Below are positions 1 through 12,428 of a stretch of 64,000 bases of DNA, in pieces. The translations under genes were made by a program, and so were the position numbers. The stretch spans positions 100,502,001-100,566,000 of the forward strand of contig OX597818.1 of the NCBI GenBank assembly GCA_951406725.2, written 5' to 3'. The notes under the pieces are model-generated. The model saw only the letters and a program-made list of their open reading frames with translations, had not been told where the DNA came from and ran no database searches. This DNA comes from Octopus vulgaris. Taxonomy: Eukaryota. Position 1 is the stretch's first letter; each line of letters starts with the position of its first letter.

Positions 1-1014
1 ATAGTTATAGTAACGAAAATGAAATGCTATAAGTTTGATAGAGGAAATACTTTGAAATATATTAATATTATACCGAATGTTTGTATATAACCTTCAGATA
101 TAAATTTTTACAGCGTATTTCATTCGCTAATATTTCACTGAAAAGGTTTTAAACGTTGAAATAAAGATAAATATTACTGATAATTAATAGTTTATGAAGT
201 GCTAGTTATGATATTATTACACATCTTCAAGCTAAGCTGCAAACAATTTATGCACTTATCTCTAACACATAAAACTAATTGAATTAATCTTAAGAGAGAA
301 AAATATCAAATGAAATAAATAAACATATATAAATAGAATATCGAAGGAAATTAAAATATCATTTATATTCTACAAGAAATTAGTGCATAAGTTCTCAGCT
401 ATCATCGCAAACATTTCAATAATTCCATGATTGGACAAGTAATTTTGATATAAATGTCTTTTAGTTTAAGAATTATACGCAAAAAACATCAGCGTTATGA
501 GAATTATTACTAAAAACTCACCTTTCGTATTAAGAAATATATAAAAGAATTTATCAAATAACACCAAAAACTGTGGGAATTCTGATATATAGTTATAGTT
601 GTCTCTTGACATATTCGTAAATAAGGCATTTAATATTAATGTACATTAGCTTTTTATGACTTGATAAAATGAGAAAAAACTTAGTTGAAATGCAGGTGGT
701 ATCGTGCAAAAAGATATGTTCACCTACTGACAGTTACCTTTAATTTGTAAAAAAAGGTTTGTACATTATGTACAGCTATAACACTCCAGTCAAAACAAGT
801 AGCTCAGGATGCCGTATGTCTGTATTAATTACAAATATATATGTATGTATGTATATATATATATCACTCAGAATTTATATGGATGCTTTATTAGTTTGTT
901 CTCTGTACCTATCTATAAATCTAGGAGTATATACATACATATCCATACCCACACACGTACATATGTATTCTTAAATACGTATATATTTACACACACACAC
1001 ACATACACACACAG

Positions 1015-1057
<43 letters not shown>

Positions 1058-1417
1058 GACAGAGAGAGAGAGAGATGCATACGTACACGCATAAATGCAC
1101 ACGCAAAAACTCAACGCAGATATATAAATAGATGTTGAAATTATATTACAGATTCAAAACAATTTTTTTTGCAAAAACACCTGAGTATCCCTGCTGAGTG
1201 TATCCATACTGATTGTAAGCTCGAAGTTATTGCGTGTTTCAAGTCATTTTAGTTTCGCCTATCACTTTTTCAATAAGTGATGGTATATTTATCTTTCCTT
1301 ACTTTTATATACGATGGTAAGTGTCAAGAAAAAAAAAGGATTATGTGATGTGATTGTACACCGGAGTGCGTCTACTGACGCACTTTGGAATCTTAATTGC
1401 ACACAATTTAAAAACTA

Positions 1418-1690
1418 TTACTCTTTTACTCTCTTATTATTTTTCTTTAAGTCATTTGACTGTGGCCATGCAGGAGTACCACCTTTAGTCGAGCAAATCG
1501 TCCACAGGACTTATTCTTTCTACGTCTAGTGACGGGGACGTAAACACACCAGCATCTGTTGTCAAGCGATGTTTGGTTGGCCCGAGGCTATAGTAGAAGA
1601 CACTTGGCTAAGGGGCCACGCAGTAGGACTGAACCCTGAATCATGTGGTTCGTAAGCAAGCTACTTACCACACACCCACTCCTACGCCTA
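1418..1690 (-). mobile_element. tRNA-derived CORE-type SINE (family A), internally deleted copy
   Basis: Reverse strand begins TAGGCGTAGGAGTGG..GTGTGGTAAGTAGCTTGCTTACGAACCAC..GGTTCAGTCC (A/B-box-like head), then CCTTAGCCAAGTGTCTTCTACT (CORE-like). It ends in the GGTGGTACTCC..CATGGCCACAGTCAAATGAC tail and matches many other copies in the window. Confidence 0.9.
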
Positions 1691-2564
1691 GTGTAGATTT
1701 TGTCATCATAGTACTTGCGCAAAATAAAACAGCAGTTTAATTGGAATAATTCGTGAGAACAGAAAGGAATTACCAGTCCATGAAAATGTGGTTTTGAAAT
1801 CCTCACAGATGCCTACTGCCACACATCGGACTAGTGCAAAAAATCAATGTCTGTTGTTGTTTTGAGTACTTTTCATCAATATGTAGATGTTCCTTCTGAA
1901 AATAACGCTAAGAAGGAGCCTGGTACCAATTTTTTTAATTTTATAACAAAATTAATGATGGCGTAGACGTGCTTGACCAAATGCAAGGGCTTCATTCAAA
2001 CAAAGCAAAGAGTGGACGATGACCAATACCCGATTTTTATAATATTTTGAATGTTGCCCTTATAAACAGCTGGTTAATATACACAAGTGCTTGCAACACA
2101 AGTCATTAGTCAACGGAAATATACTAAAAATGTTGGTGAAGTCCTTGTGGTGAGTCACGTCACGGTCGTCCATGTAACATTGGACATCCTATTGAGGAAA
2201 CATCTCCATTTAGAAATAATTTCAGACGTATATGCATGAAAGCAAAATGCTGAAATAGACCCACAGAAATATATGGAATCTGTAGAAAACCTGTGTGGCA
2301 AATGTACGCAAACACATTACGATGGCTGTTTAAAATTTCACTAAATTTCTTTTTGTTTGATAATGATAAATTTCTCACAAAATATTCACTTATTGTAAAT
2401 AACAGCACCGTGAAGTCATAGAAAAATCAATAGATTCTTACATTTAATAAAGTTTTCTACTTCTCCAATTAATTTTTTTCTTTCAAATTGTAAAACATCT
2501 TTTTCTGAGTTGATGCATTCTGGTCCTTAAACGAAAGTAAAAAAAAAGACCGGCCCATCTAGTG
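1691..2564 (+). mobile_element. piggyBac DNA transposon relic (3' half of transposase pseudogene plus right end)
   Basis: Frameshifted translation gives IGIIRENRKELP, KKSMSVVVLSTFH, FYNKINDGVDVLDQM, GR*PIPDFYNILNVALINSWLIY and a Cys-rich tail RRICMKAKC..ICRKPV. These are hallmark piggyBac motifs. It ends ..CATCTAGTG followed by TTAA (2565-2568). Confidence 0.85.
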
Positions 2565-2760
2565 TTAAGTAAACGGAAATATTTGCAGAATTATCCTACT
2601 TTAAACTAATTGCTTTAAAAGTAGAATTTACAGTATATGTCAAGATAACTAATTCGTGGTGAAGTAACATGCACACTTTAGTAAAGTTAGAAGAAAGTTG
2701 GGTCTAAAAGACACGATATAAAACAAGTACAGGTATAGTGTACATATATGTATGCACGTA

Positions 2761-2842
<82 letters not shown>

Positions 2843-2959
2843 ACACTACCACACCACACAACACCATACCACACACCACCACATCATACCACCACGAACA
2901 CGTCAATGTCACAAACCCTCTTCCACATGCACATACATGCTCTCTTATAGACACGCACG

Positions 2960-3232
2960 CGCACCTTCGTTTTGGGATCACCAATTCTTTATCATCTCCC
3001 CTTCTTCGTAGCTCTCCTGTGTGACCCCTCTATCCGATACACGCCATGATAAATAGCTAGCCACTACACATTCTTTATTTTCTTTCCTTGTTTCTTTCTG
3101 TGTTTCTTTCTGTGGAAGAGCGTTGGCTCGAAACGTTAAAGACTTTTTCATTTCCCGAGCGTTAAACTAATAAATCTGTTTTTTATCTACACCGCATGTC
3201 TTCGTCTTTTGTTTTTTGTGAATTCTCCCGAT
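2960..3232 (+). mobile_element. Penelope-like non-autonomous terminal fragment with a hammerhead motif
   Basis: Pyrimidine-rich segment ending in a (TA)-rich tract. It shares GAAGAGC..GCTCGAAACGTTAAA..TTTCC(C/T)GAGCGT with copies at 7275-7407 and 48729-48930. Confidence 0.6.
3105..3142 (+). ncRNA. Minimal type I hammerhead motif with one core substitution (A6U)
   Basis: Stem I TCTTT/AAAGA; core CTGTGGA plus an extra A; stem II GAGC-gttg-GCTC; GAAA-CG-TT (palindromic ACGT stem III). Confidence 0.55.
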
Positions 3233-3259
3233 ATATATCTATATGTATATATACAAGTA

Positions 3260-3514
3260 TGTGTGTGTGTTTATCTATGTGTTTCTGTCTTTATGTTTCA
3301 GTTTGTCCCCGAAACAATGCTCGACAGTCGGTTTTGGTGTGTCTACGTCCCAGTAATCTAGCTGTTCAAGAAAAGAGACTTATTGAATGAGTTCCAGACT
3401 TTAAAAATATGTCCTGGCGTCGATTTGTTCATCTTAAACGCTTCAAGGCCATGGTCCCATTATAGCCGCAGTCAAATGACTGAAAGAAGAAGTAAAAGAA
3501 TAAAAAGAATAAAG
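3260..3514 (+). mobile_element. SINE family A, 3' half
   Basis: TTTGTCCCC..GGTGTGTCTACGTCCCAGTAA..GTCCTGGCGTCGATTTG..GCCGCAGTCAAATGACTGAAA..GTAAAAGAAT. Confidence 0.8.
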
Positions 3515-3682
<168 letters not shown>

Positions 3683-4467
3683 GGTAAACAGACAGTCAGA
3701 TTGACAGATATAGCTTTAGATATATGACGTAAAGGAATATCGATCTGGAATGCGGGCAGATACTTTATTAGCTTTCTGATCTGATCAAGATCTGGCTAAC
3801 CACATCGAATCATAAAAGACATACAGGATTGTTGCAGAAAAACAATTAAATATTACTTCACTCAGTAGGTAAATCCCAATTTCACCTCATTGGATTGCAT
3901 ACAGTGTACAAAGCATAGAATTAAGACATCGTAAAGAAGAATGGAGCATTTTACCCCACCAAATCTTATTTATTACAACGTTATTCTCATTACATTCCAA
4001 TCCTATACATGTTCCTGCTGAAAACTGTACTAATGTCCTTCGATGTAAAATTTACGTGCAATTAATTTGCCGTAACTATTCATCCATGCTAGGTATTCCT
4101 AAGCAGCTTTGTTCAATGTTTTACCCATTCAGGTGGTTGAAGCGACCTGAGAAATGAAGTACTGGATACTCCTTGAAGTATATTCTAGGTGAGAGATTAT
4201 AAAATGTTAGGGCACATGACAGCAGCATTTGCGTTGAAATACGAAATTATTATAATTCTGGTATAACTAAAAATTATCTTTTGAGATCTTATGGGGTCCT
4301 CTCCATGCCGCTTGGTGTGATTACATTTCCATAAACTAGCAGTCCGGCAAAGAGCCACTGATAGAATATGTACTCCTCGGGTGCATTTATTCTACTGAAA
4401 GCATTCAAGACGGTGCTGCAGCATAAGCGCACTCAAATGACTAAAGAAATGTAAAAGAATAATAGAT

Positions 4468-4931
<464 letters not shown>

Positions 4932-5159
4932 ATATGGCACGATCGCGCAATCAGTCAAATAATAGATGTTATTGTACATCATGAGTCATGTTGATCTTTG
5001 CATCGTTTTTATCTTTCGAATGATGTTATACCGCTGGGTAGGTAAGCGTACCGACTTTCCCGCTCATCGGACGGCCACAAAAGTGTAGAGAACCCATTCG
5101 GTTATGAATTACCCTGGGATTCCACCTAGAAAGTTCCCCTCCGAGAATCAACACCAGAC

Positions 5160-5418
5160 AACGTTAATGTGGAAGACTAGCAACCGCCCATGCAAACAGA
5201 CCTCCCCTCTCCTCACCACCGATGTTATCTAAGGGAAAGACAAAAGCCGATACAGCTTGACACCCGTGACGTCGCAACTCATTTCCACAGCCGAGTGAAC
5301 TGTAGCAACGTAAAACAAAAATATCTTTCTCAAAAACAATACAAAACCGGTCCGGGAATCGAACTCGCTACCTAAAGATTGTAAACCCGACGCTCTAACC
5401 ATTCAGCCATACTCCTTC
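5160..5418 (-). mobile_element. tRNA-derived CORE SINE (family D head), diverged
   Basis: Reverse strand has TGGCTGAATGGTTAGAG..GAGTTCGATTCCCGG (A and B boxes), then GTTGCTACAGTTCACTCGGCTG..AATGAGT as in 44053-44379. The 3' extent is uncertain and may reach about 4950. Confidence 0.7.
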
Positions 5419-5662
5419 GGACGACTATACTCTCACACCAGCACAGCTGAGTGAACTGGAGCAACGTGAAAAGATGTGCGTTTGAGATTTTGAGCAAAAC
5501 ACGTTAGTTGACGCTGCTCTTCGATTAACGCGACACCTTACACGTGGCACACCGTGCGTCTGTTCAGACAGGTTTGATTTCATAAGTTAATGTGCAGAAA
5601 AAGAAAAAAAAATCTTCGTTAAAAACGTGTTATTTTTATAGCTTGTTCGGCAAGAAATTGCA

Positions 5663-6084
5663 AGGCGGTGAGCTGGCATAAAGGTTAGCACGCCGGGCGA
5701 AATGCGTAGCCGTATTTCGGCTGCCGTTACGTTCTGAGTTCAAATTCTGCCGACATCGTCTTCGCCTTTCATCCTTTCGGGGGTCGATAAATTAAGTACC
5801 ATTTACGCACTGGGGTCGATGTAATCGACTTAATTCGTTTGTCTGTCCTTGTTTGTTCTCTCTGTGTTTAGCCCTTTGAGGATAGTAAAGAAATAGGTAT
5901 CTCGTCAGCCGCTACGTTCTGAGTTCAAATGAGGCGGTGGTGTACTTTGTCTTTCAGTCTTTCGGGATCAATAAATTAAGTACCAGTTACGCACTGTGGT
6001 CGAAATAATCGACTTAATCCCTTTCTCTGTCCTTGTTTGTCCCATCTATGTTTAGCTCCTTGTGGGCAATAAAGAAAAAAAAAA
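5663..6084 (+). mobile_element. SINE family B (head plus two tandem body units) with TSD
   Basis: GGCGGTGAGCTGGCA..GAGTTCAAAT (B box)..GCCTTTCATCCTTTCGGGGGTCGATAAATTAAGTACC. The body repeats from about 5896. A-rich tail; TSD AAGAAATTGCA at 5652-5662 and 6085-6095. Confidence 0.9.
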
Positions 6085-6114
6085 AAGAAATTGCAGAACG
6101 GCCTCATTAGATTA

Positions 6115-6420
6115 CAAGAGGTTACAATCATTTCTAGCGTCTCCTCGCAAATGGCAAAATTACCAGAATTCTAAAGGTTGGTATCTGATCCACCAGTCAC
6201 AAAGGAGGAAACAGTGCAGATGCTAAAAGATACAGGCATACCCCTCTGACTTAACATTTCAGCAAAGCCATGTAACGCCTTCTTAGAAGGAAGCTGATCA
6301 CGTTTCTAGAATTACATGGCTTGCTCACATATACGCAGCACGGCTATTGTTCAGGTGGTATCTATCTCACACTGCTACTGCAGCGCTGACATTAGGTACT
6401 GAATAAGCTGTTCAAATAGG
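6115..6420 (+). mobile_element. Old fragment of the CR1-group LINE (RT N-terminus)
   Basis: Translates RYRHTPLT*HFSKAM*RLLRRKLITFLELHGLLTYTQHGY..LTLLLQ, homologous to NYRPISLTSHISKVMERIVRRKLITFLE at 42050-42180. Confidence 0.75.
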
Positions 6421-6822
6421 ATGAGATACAACTCGTCCTCTTGGCAACATGTGTCTTAACGCAAATATATATGAATTGTAAATAAACATCTATTCTTCAC
6501 AAAATTGTAACGTCCAGGGAAAGACTGGATTGTTCTGTCTGCAAATTATTGTTTTCTATCGCTGGGATATACAACCATGTAGTATGAAATAGGATGGTAC
6601 TACTTACTATATATGCATAGAAATAAAATTTTAAACATGATTAAAATTTTAATAATCTCATCCGCATAATTAACATATGATAATACAAAATATATACACC
6701 ATAATATTTTCTAGTTTTAAAAATCTTCAAGGAAAGAGCGAAAATAGTATCACTGTAATTTACTCTATGTGTCCAGAAAATGTATTCTATGTAGCAACGA
6801 TTTGGCCAGCTCCTTGCCTTGA

Positions 6823-6859
<37 letters not shown>

Positions 6860-6954
6860 GTATATATTTATATATATATATTTATAAATGAGGGTGAAAA
6901 ATTTGATATTAATTTAATAATACCATCAATCTAAAACCATATTTAAGAATATAT

Positions 6955-7008
<54 letters not shown>

Positions 7009-7274
7009 ATGTATGTATGTATGCATATATAACACGTTGTATCTCTGTCTGTTCCCAATACTTTCCCAAACCGCTAAACAAAATCACCCCAACATTTAAA
7101 TGGCTATACTATGAGACTTCAAGAGTATGAACATATAATTTTTGGGGATTAAAAAAATGCATTGCCACTGGTTCCATATTACGTCTAAAACTTCGAAGAA
7201 TAACAGTGGAAACTTCGACAGAGTAACAGATATAAATAGTTTCACTTTTAATAGTTTCACAGAGTATATATACA

Positions 7275-7406
7275 CAACAAAGAGCTCCGCTCGAAACATT
7301 AAGCCCTCCTTCTTTCTCTCCTTTCCTGAGCGTCCTATAACACTATACTTGTTCCACGTCTTCACTTTCTTGTGTTTTCTCTTTGTGTTTTCATGTTTGG
7401 TTTAAC

Positions 7407-7407
<1 letters not shown>
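7275..7407 (+). mobile_element. Penelope-like terminal fragment (5'-truncated hammerhead motif)
   Basis: GAGCTCCGCTCGAAACATTAAGCCCTCC..TTTCCTGAGCGTCC..CATGTTTGGTTTAAC(TA)n, colinear with 48810-48930. Confidence 0.7.
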
Positions 7408-7438
<31 letters not shown>

Positions 7439-7629
7439 TAATTCTAGATGTGTATATATATATATGTGTGTGTGTGTATATATATATCTATATATATGCG
7501 TGTGTATATGTATATATGGATATATTTATATATATATATATATATGCATATATATGTACACATATGTTTATATATACATGAGTATATATATATATATTTA
7601 TAAATATATGCATGTATATATATATACAA

Positions 7630-7675
<46 letters not shown>

Positions 7676-8007
7676 GCGTGTGTGTGTGTGCGTGTACCAC
7701 ATCCTGAAGCCGACCAATCCTTGTGAAAGAATTTCGTACGCAGCAACTGAAATAGGACTGTCGTATATATGTGTAAATTTGCGTGTGTCTGTCTTTGTAC
7801 ACCCACCAGCACTAGACAAACGATTTTGCTGCGTCTGCGTCCCTGTAACTTAGCAGGTCAGTAAATGACAGCGATAGGATAGGTACTAGGCTAAGAAAAA
7901 CTTAAATCCGTGTTCCACCGTATACGGAGTCACATGATTGATACAAGTAAAACTTTAAAAATTTATGCCATTTTAATCAGGAGCAACGCCGGGTGTCTCT
8001 GCTAACA

Positions 8008-8132
<125 letters not shown>

Positions 8133-8561
8133 GTAAAAATAGACAAACGCTTCACTATTTATATGTATGATTTCAAGAGTAAGTGGAAGATATTCTAGAT
8201 AGGTAATACGAAAATACGCAAATGAAAAACAATATAGCACAACCCATCACATTTTAAATGCTACTCAACTGGATGACATTCAATTGCTGCTTCAAAGTAA
8301 AATTCCACAGAGACATTGAATAATCAAGTCAATTTTTCTCTTATTCCAGACGTACGTAGAGCAAGACTTTTACATAATGCTAGTATACATCAATTACGAG
8401 GAGCACATATTCTATAAAGCAAAGTAACTGTACAGAGAGCAGCCATTAACTCTATGTTTCTGTAATATAAAATGGTCCCATAGTAGAGTAGATTCTACTA
8501 AATATGTGCTGATATATAAACATATATTTATATGTATACATATATATGTGTATACATACAT

Positions 8562-8616
<55 letters not shown>

Positions 8617-8640
8617 TACATTTGAAAATATGTGCGTACA

Positions 8641-8673
<33 letters not shown>

Positions 8674-8705
8674 TCATATATATGTATATATAATGTGTGT
8701 GCTTG

Positions 8706-8738
<33 letters not shown>

Positions 8739-9077
8739 ATTTAAATTATATATCTAATATACACATATACGTAGACATACCTGCAAATATAAACACACAG
8801 ATCATACATGCACACACACACAACCCCCCCTCACACACAAGCACAAACACAAGTACGCACACAGACATACTGACACACAGATCAGCACATAATCTACAGA
8901 GAAAATGTACCGAATTTTTAATGTTCTCCGTTGTTGAATGCTTTTAGTTGAATATCTGATGAATTAAGAAAACTACGATCTGTGTTTGCATGTGTGTATA
9001 TGGCTGTGTCTGCATGATTGTATACACACACTTACACACATATATTTATATATATATGTGGCTATTTTTATATTTGA

Positions 9078-9147
<70 letters not shown>

Positions 9148-9167
9148 ATATATAATATATATATATA

Positions 9168-9371
9168 TTACGGAAATGTACTTGCATTGCAAGTGATTTG
9201 ATCTGAAATCGTGTGCTGGAACGAAAACAATTGCAGCGTGGAAGGTGTTTGTAAGCCATTTAAGAAACACACAAAAGCCGTTCGATTCACTTCAACATTT
9301 AAGTTTCATTTGTCAAAATATTTTCGTCGCTATAAGACCGCGACCTGTTCACTGACAAAAATCCGTGCTGC

Positions 9372-9372
<1 letters not shown>
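9168..9372 (-). mobile_element. About 200-bp unique insert between (TA)n tracts carrying a hammerhead variant
   Basis: Complex sequence bounded on both sides by pure (TA)n; contains the fold at 9309-9359. Confidence 0.6.
9309..9359 (-). ncRNA. Minimal type I hammerhead with G3-C8 covariant core
   Basis: Reverse strand: TTTGTCA-GTGAACA-G-GTCGC(ggtcttata)GCGAC-GAA-AATATT-T-TGACAAA. 7-bp stem I, 5-bp stem II, palindromic stem III, UUU site. Confidence 0.6.
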
Positions 9373-9423
<51 letters not shown>

Positions 9424-9631
9424 GTATACACACACACACATACATATATATATACATATATACATTCAGATATAAAAGTAGTCGCATATATATATATATA
9501 TATATACAACGACACACAAACATATATACAGATATATTTCCAAAAGACAGAAGACAAAAGACGAAGAGGGATAAGATGTTCTGAGTTCAACGATCCAACA
9601 TGCATACATATACGTATATATATATTTATAC

Positions 9632-9665
<34 letters not shown>

Positions 9666-9666
9666 A

Positions 9667-9742
<76 letters not shown>

Positions 9743-10545
9743 TATGTACATATGTATGTAAATATATACATCAATTTTTTATTATTGTCTATATATATAT
9801 ATATATATATATATTAAAAGAATGAAAATGCAAATAATTTATATAGTTTTAAAATACTTTAATCGAAGTTGTATTGTAGTTGTCAACCGGTTTCGATTTT
9901 GATTATCATAACATTGAATTTATTGTAATTTCGTATTTTCTTAAGAAGATTTTAGTCCAAGTAGAAATATTTAAGGCGAGGTATTTGGTTATAGCTATTA
10001 CATGGTACCTGGGAGGTAACTGCTCATTTTTGTCTATCCTTTCCCAAAGAACGTTTAATTAAATAAAATTCAGTTGTCGAAAAATAGAGAAATCTCCTAA
10101 ATATGAATGCATAACTAACGATGATCTCAGAATCCATTTTTATTCACGATCACCAATCCACTACTCATCTCATTACTTTAACTTATGCGTTTTTGCATGT
10201 TTGCTTATTTACCTCACCCGAAGATTGGGGAATTACCTCACCTGTCGTGAGTAATAACTATCACCATTTACCTCCCCTTAGATTTTTCTCCTTGTTTTAT
10301 TTACAAACATTCATACAAGAACATGGACTAAAATCTTCTAAGGAAAAAAAACCCAACAAATTACAGCAATCTCAATGTAATTGTTAGCGAAGCGAAACTG
10401 CTCGACAAACACAATAATCTTCCATTGATCATATATTAAAAATATGTAAACTCCGACGTGTGCATTTTATTTTATTATATATATTCGTTTTGCATTACGA
10501 CTCACCACGTAGGGATAATCGAAATTCTCTTCTTCCCTTTTCTTA

Positions 10546-10599
<54 letters not shown>

Positions 10600-11753
10600 T
10601 CACACACATTATTTAAGTATTTCCCGTAATTCACAGAAAATTTGAGCTCGATTACCCAAAGAGCAGACAAAACATTGTGATAAAAATATATGCAACCGTC
10701 AACATTGTATGTAGCTTTAAGTAAACAACTTGAACGAATTTTGTTGATGGAAAGTGTGAGGTATATAGGTTTACCCGAGGCATTTTCGGGATATTTTCTT
10801 ATCTAATAATACAAATTAATTTAGAAAAATCAAATGCACGCACGTCGTCTCAATTATACTTTTATAGGACTAATTTACTTATCCTTTTTTGAGCTTCGAT
10901 AAGCGATTCCACGTGGACTAGTACATTTGACCCGTCAGCACTAAGTGGTTTTCTGTATTTCAAACGTCACCTAGAGATCAGCTGTGTGCTGTGAATCTAT
11001 GGTGTCGTGAAGTTATCAAAAATTTTGTTTTTAACAGTGCTTCAACCACAGTTGTCCATAGTACTTCAATCTGGTGATTTTACAGGCTACACGTTAAGTC
11101 ATATGATCATAAGTATTGTTAAACTTCCATTCTTCTGTTAGGTGTGCTTTGTGAAAATGTTCTAAATTTCAGTGATACACGTACAGCATTCCATACGGAG
11201 GCGTCCCAGCTTCCACGTGCATTGAAATATTTGTGATCAGATTTGCCTTCTCCTCGTACATTGCACAAAAACTACAAGGCCCAGACTGGCCTATGAGTAA
11301 ATAGATGTTGATCGTGCGCGTCAATTAAGGGGACGATGAGCAAACACAAACCTGGTTTTATATCAGAGGTTTCCTTCTAGATGGGTTGCCCTCACCATAA
11401 TCTTACCCCCCACATATATAAATACAAAATACGAAAAACAAAAAAAGAAACGAAAAAATATGAGATTTAAGAATAAAAATAAGATATATAAAGTAATATG
11501 TACATATGTATACACATATTGTTGGATGACATTTGAATACTCATGACCTCCTCCGTCATTGACAGTTGTCTTCTGTCCTGTAGCGTGTAGGTAAACACCC
11601 TCTTTACCAAGTAAGCCCGGTGGGTTTGCCAGTTTAGACGACGACGACCCGACCATACAATAGGTTGTAGTTGGTTACATGTTACTAGTAGGACGTGAGA
11701 GTGCCTAGACAAATACGCACATACATATCTACATATGTATGAATGTATGCATG

Positions 11754-11842
<89 letters not shown>

Positions 11843-11844
<2 letters not shown>

Positions 11845-12428
11845 GTAAAATGGTGTACAAAGAATTTACATATTTATACACAAAAGAGCTGACATTTAAC
11901 AGGGTGCCTTACATGCTAGAAACGGCAGTTAAAGCCCAAATACGAATAAGACTAATTTCAAAGGGACTGAAAAAAAATTATTATTATAGTTATCCTTAAA
12001 CTGGAGTTTCTGCATTAATGTGCAAATAAATGCATTTGCCATCCGTGCTTCTTCAGTAAGGTCAGTAAAAATAATGCATATCAATGCGGCACCGGAAATA
12101 CATTCTATTACCACTTGCTGTCGAATGTAACGGCGCTTACGCAGTGGATTCGAAAAGTATGCAGCGCGTGTATTTTCAGAGCTGCCTAAATATGCATTAA
12201 TTTTAGCGTCCTTACTACAGAAGCACAGGTGGAAAATTAATTTATTTGCAAATTAATTCGTTTGCACATTGATGGGTAACTACACGAATATTATAATTTT
12301 CATACACTTTGAAATTAGTCTTATTTGTGGTTTGGGCTGTAACTGCCCTTTCTAGCATGTAAGGTGTCTTGTTAAAGGTAACCTCTTTTGTGTATAAATA
12401 CGTAAATTATTTGTACACTATTTTATAT
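11843..12428. mobile_element. About 585-bp imperfect fold-back element adjoining (TA)n
   Basis: ATGTAAAATGGTGTACAAAGAATTTACATATTTATACACAAAAGAG at the left is the near reverse complement of CTCTTTTGTGTATAAATACGTAAATTATTTGTACACTATTTTATAT at the right. Pairing continues inward (CATGCTAGAAA/TTTCTAGCATG; TAAGACTAATTTCAAAG/CTTTGAAATTAGTCTTA). Confidence 0.85.
11994..12061 (-). ncRNA. Type I hammerhead ribozyme, intact core
   Basis: Reverse strand: CCTTA-CTGAAGA-aGCA..GCAAAT(gcattt)ATTTGC..TGCa-GAA-ACT(cc)AGT-T-TAAGG. Perfect 5-bp stem I, GUU site. Confidence 0.7.

Noticed and set aside
3772-3819. CTTT-CTGATCTGATCA-A-GATCTGG(ctaa)CCACATC-GAATCATA-AAAG, hammerhead-like
   Set aside because: Needs several corrections (duplication, G8, A15.1); possibly a fossil but not supportable.
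3900-4300. Possible RTE C-terminal remnant on the minus strand (LGIPSMDE*LRQ)
   Set aside because: Single weak motif.
8956-8982. CTGATGA-ATTAA-GAAA
   Set aside because: No stem II or stem I; likely chance in AT-rich DNA. The same applies to CTGATGA near 23557, near 40045 (minus) and near 48115.
9878-9915. GAAACCGGTT (minus) with a possible short stem I
   Set aside because: The 5' core reads ATGATAA and stem II does not pair; at best a decayed relative of the 31-kb family.
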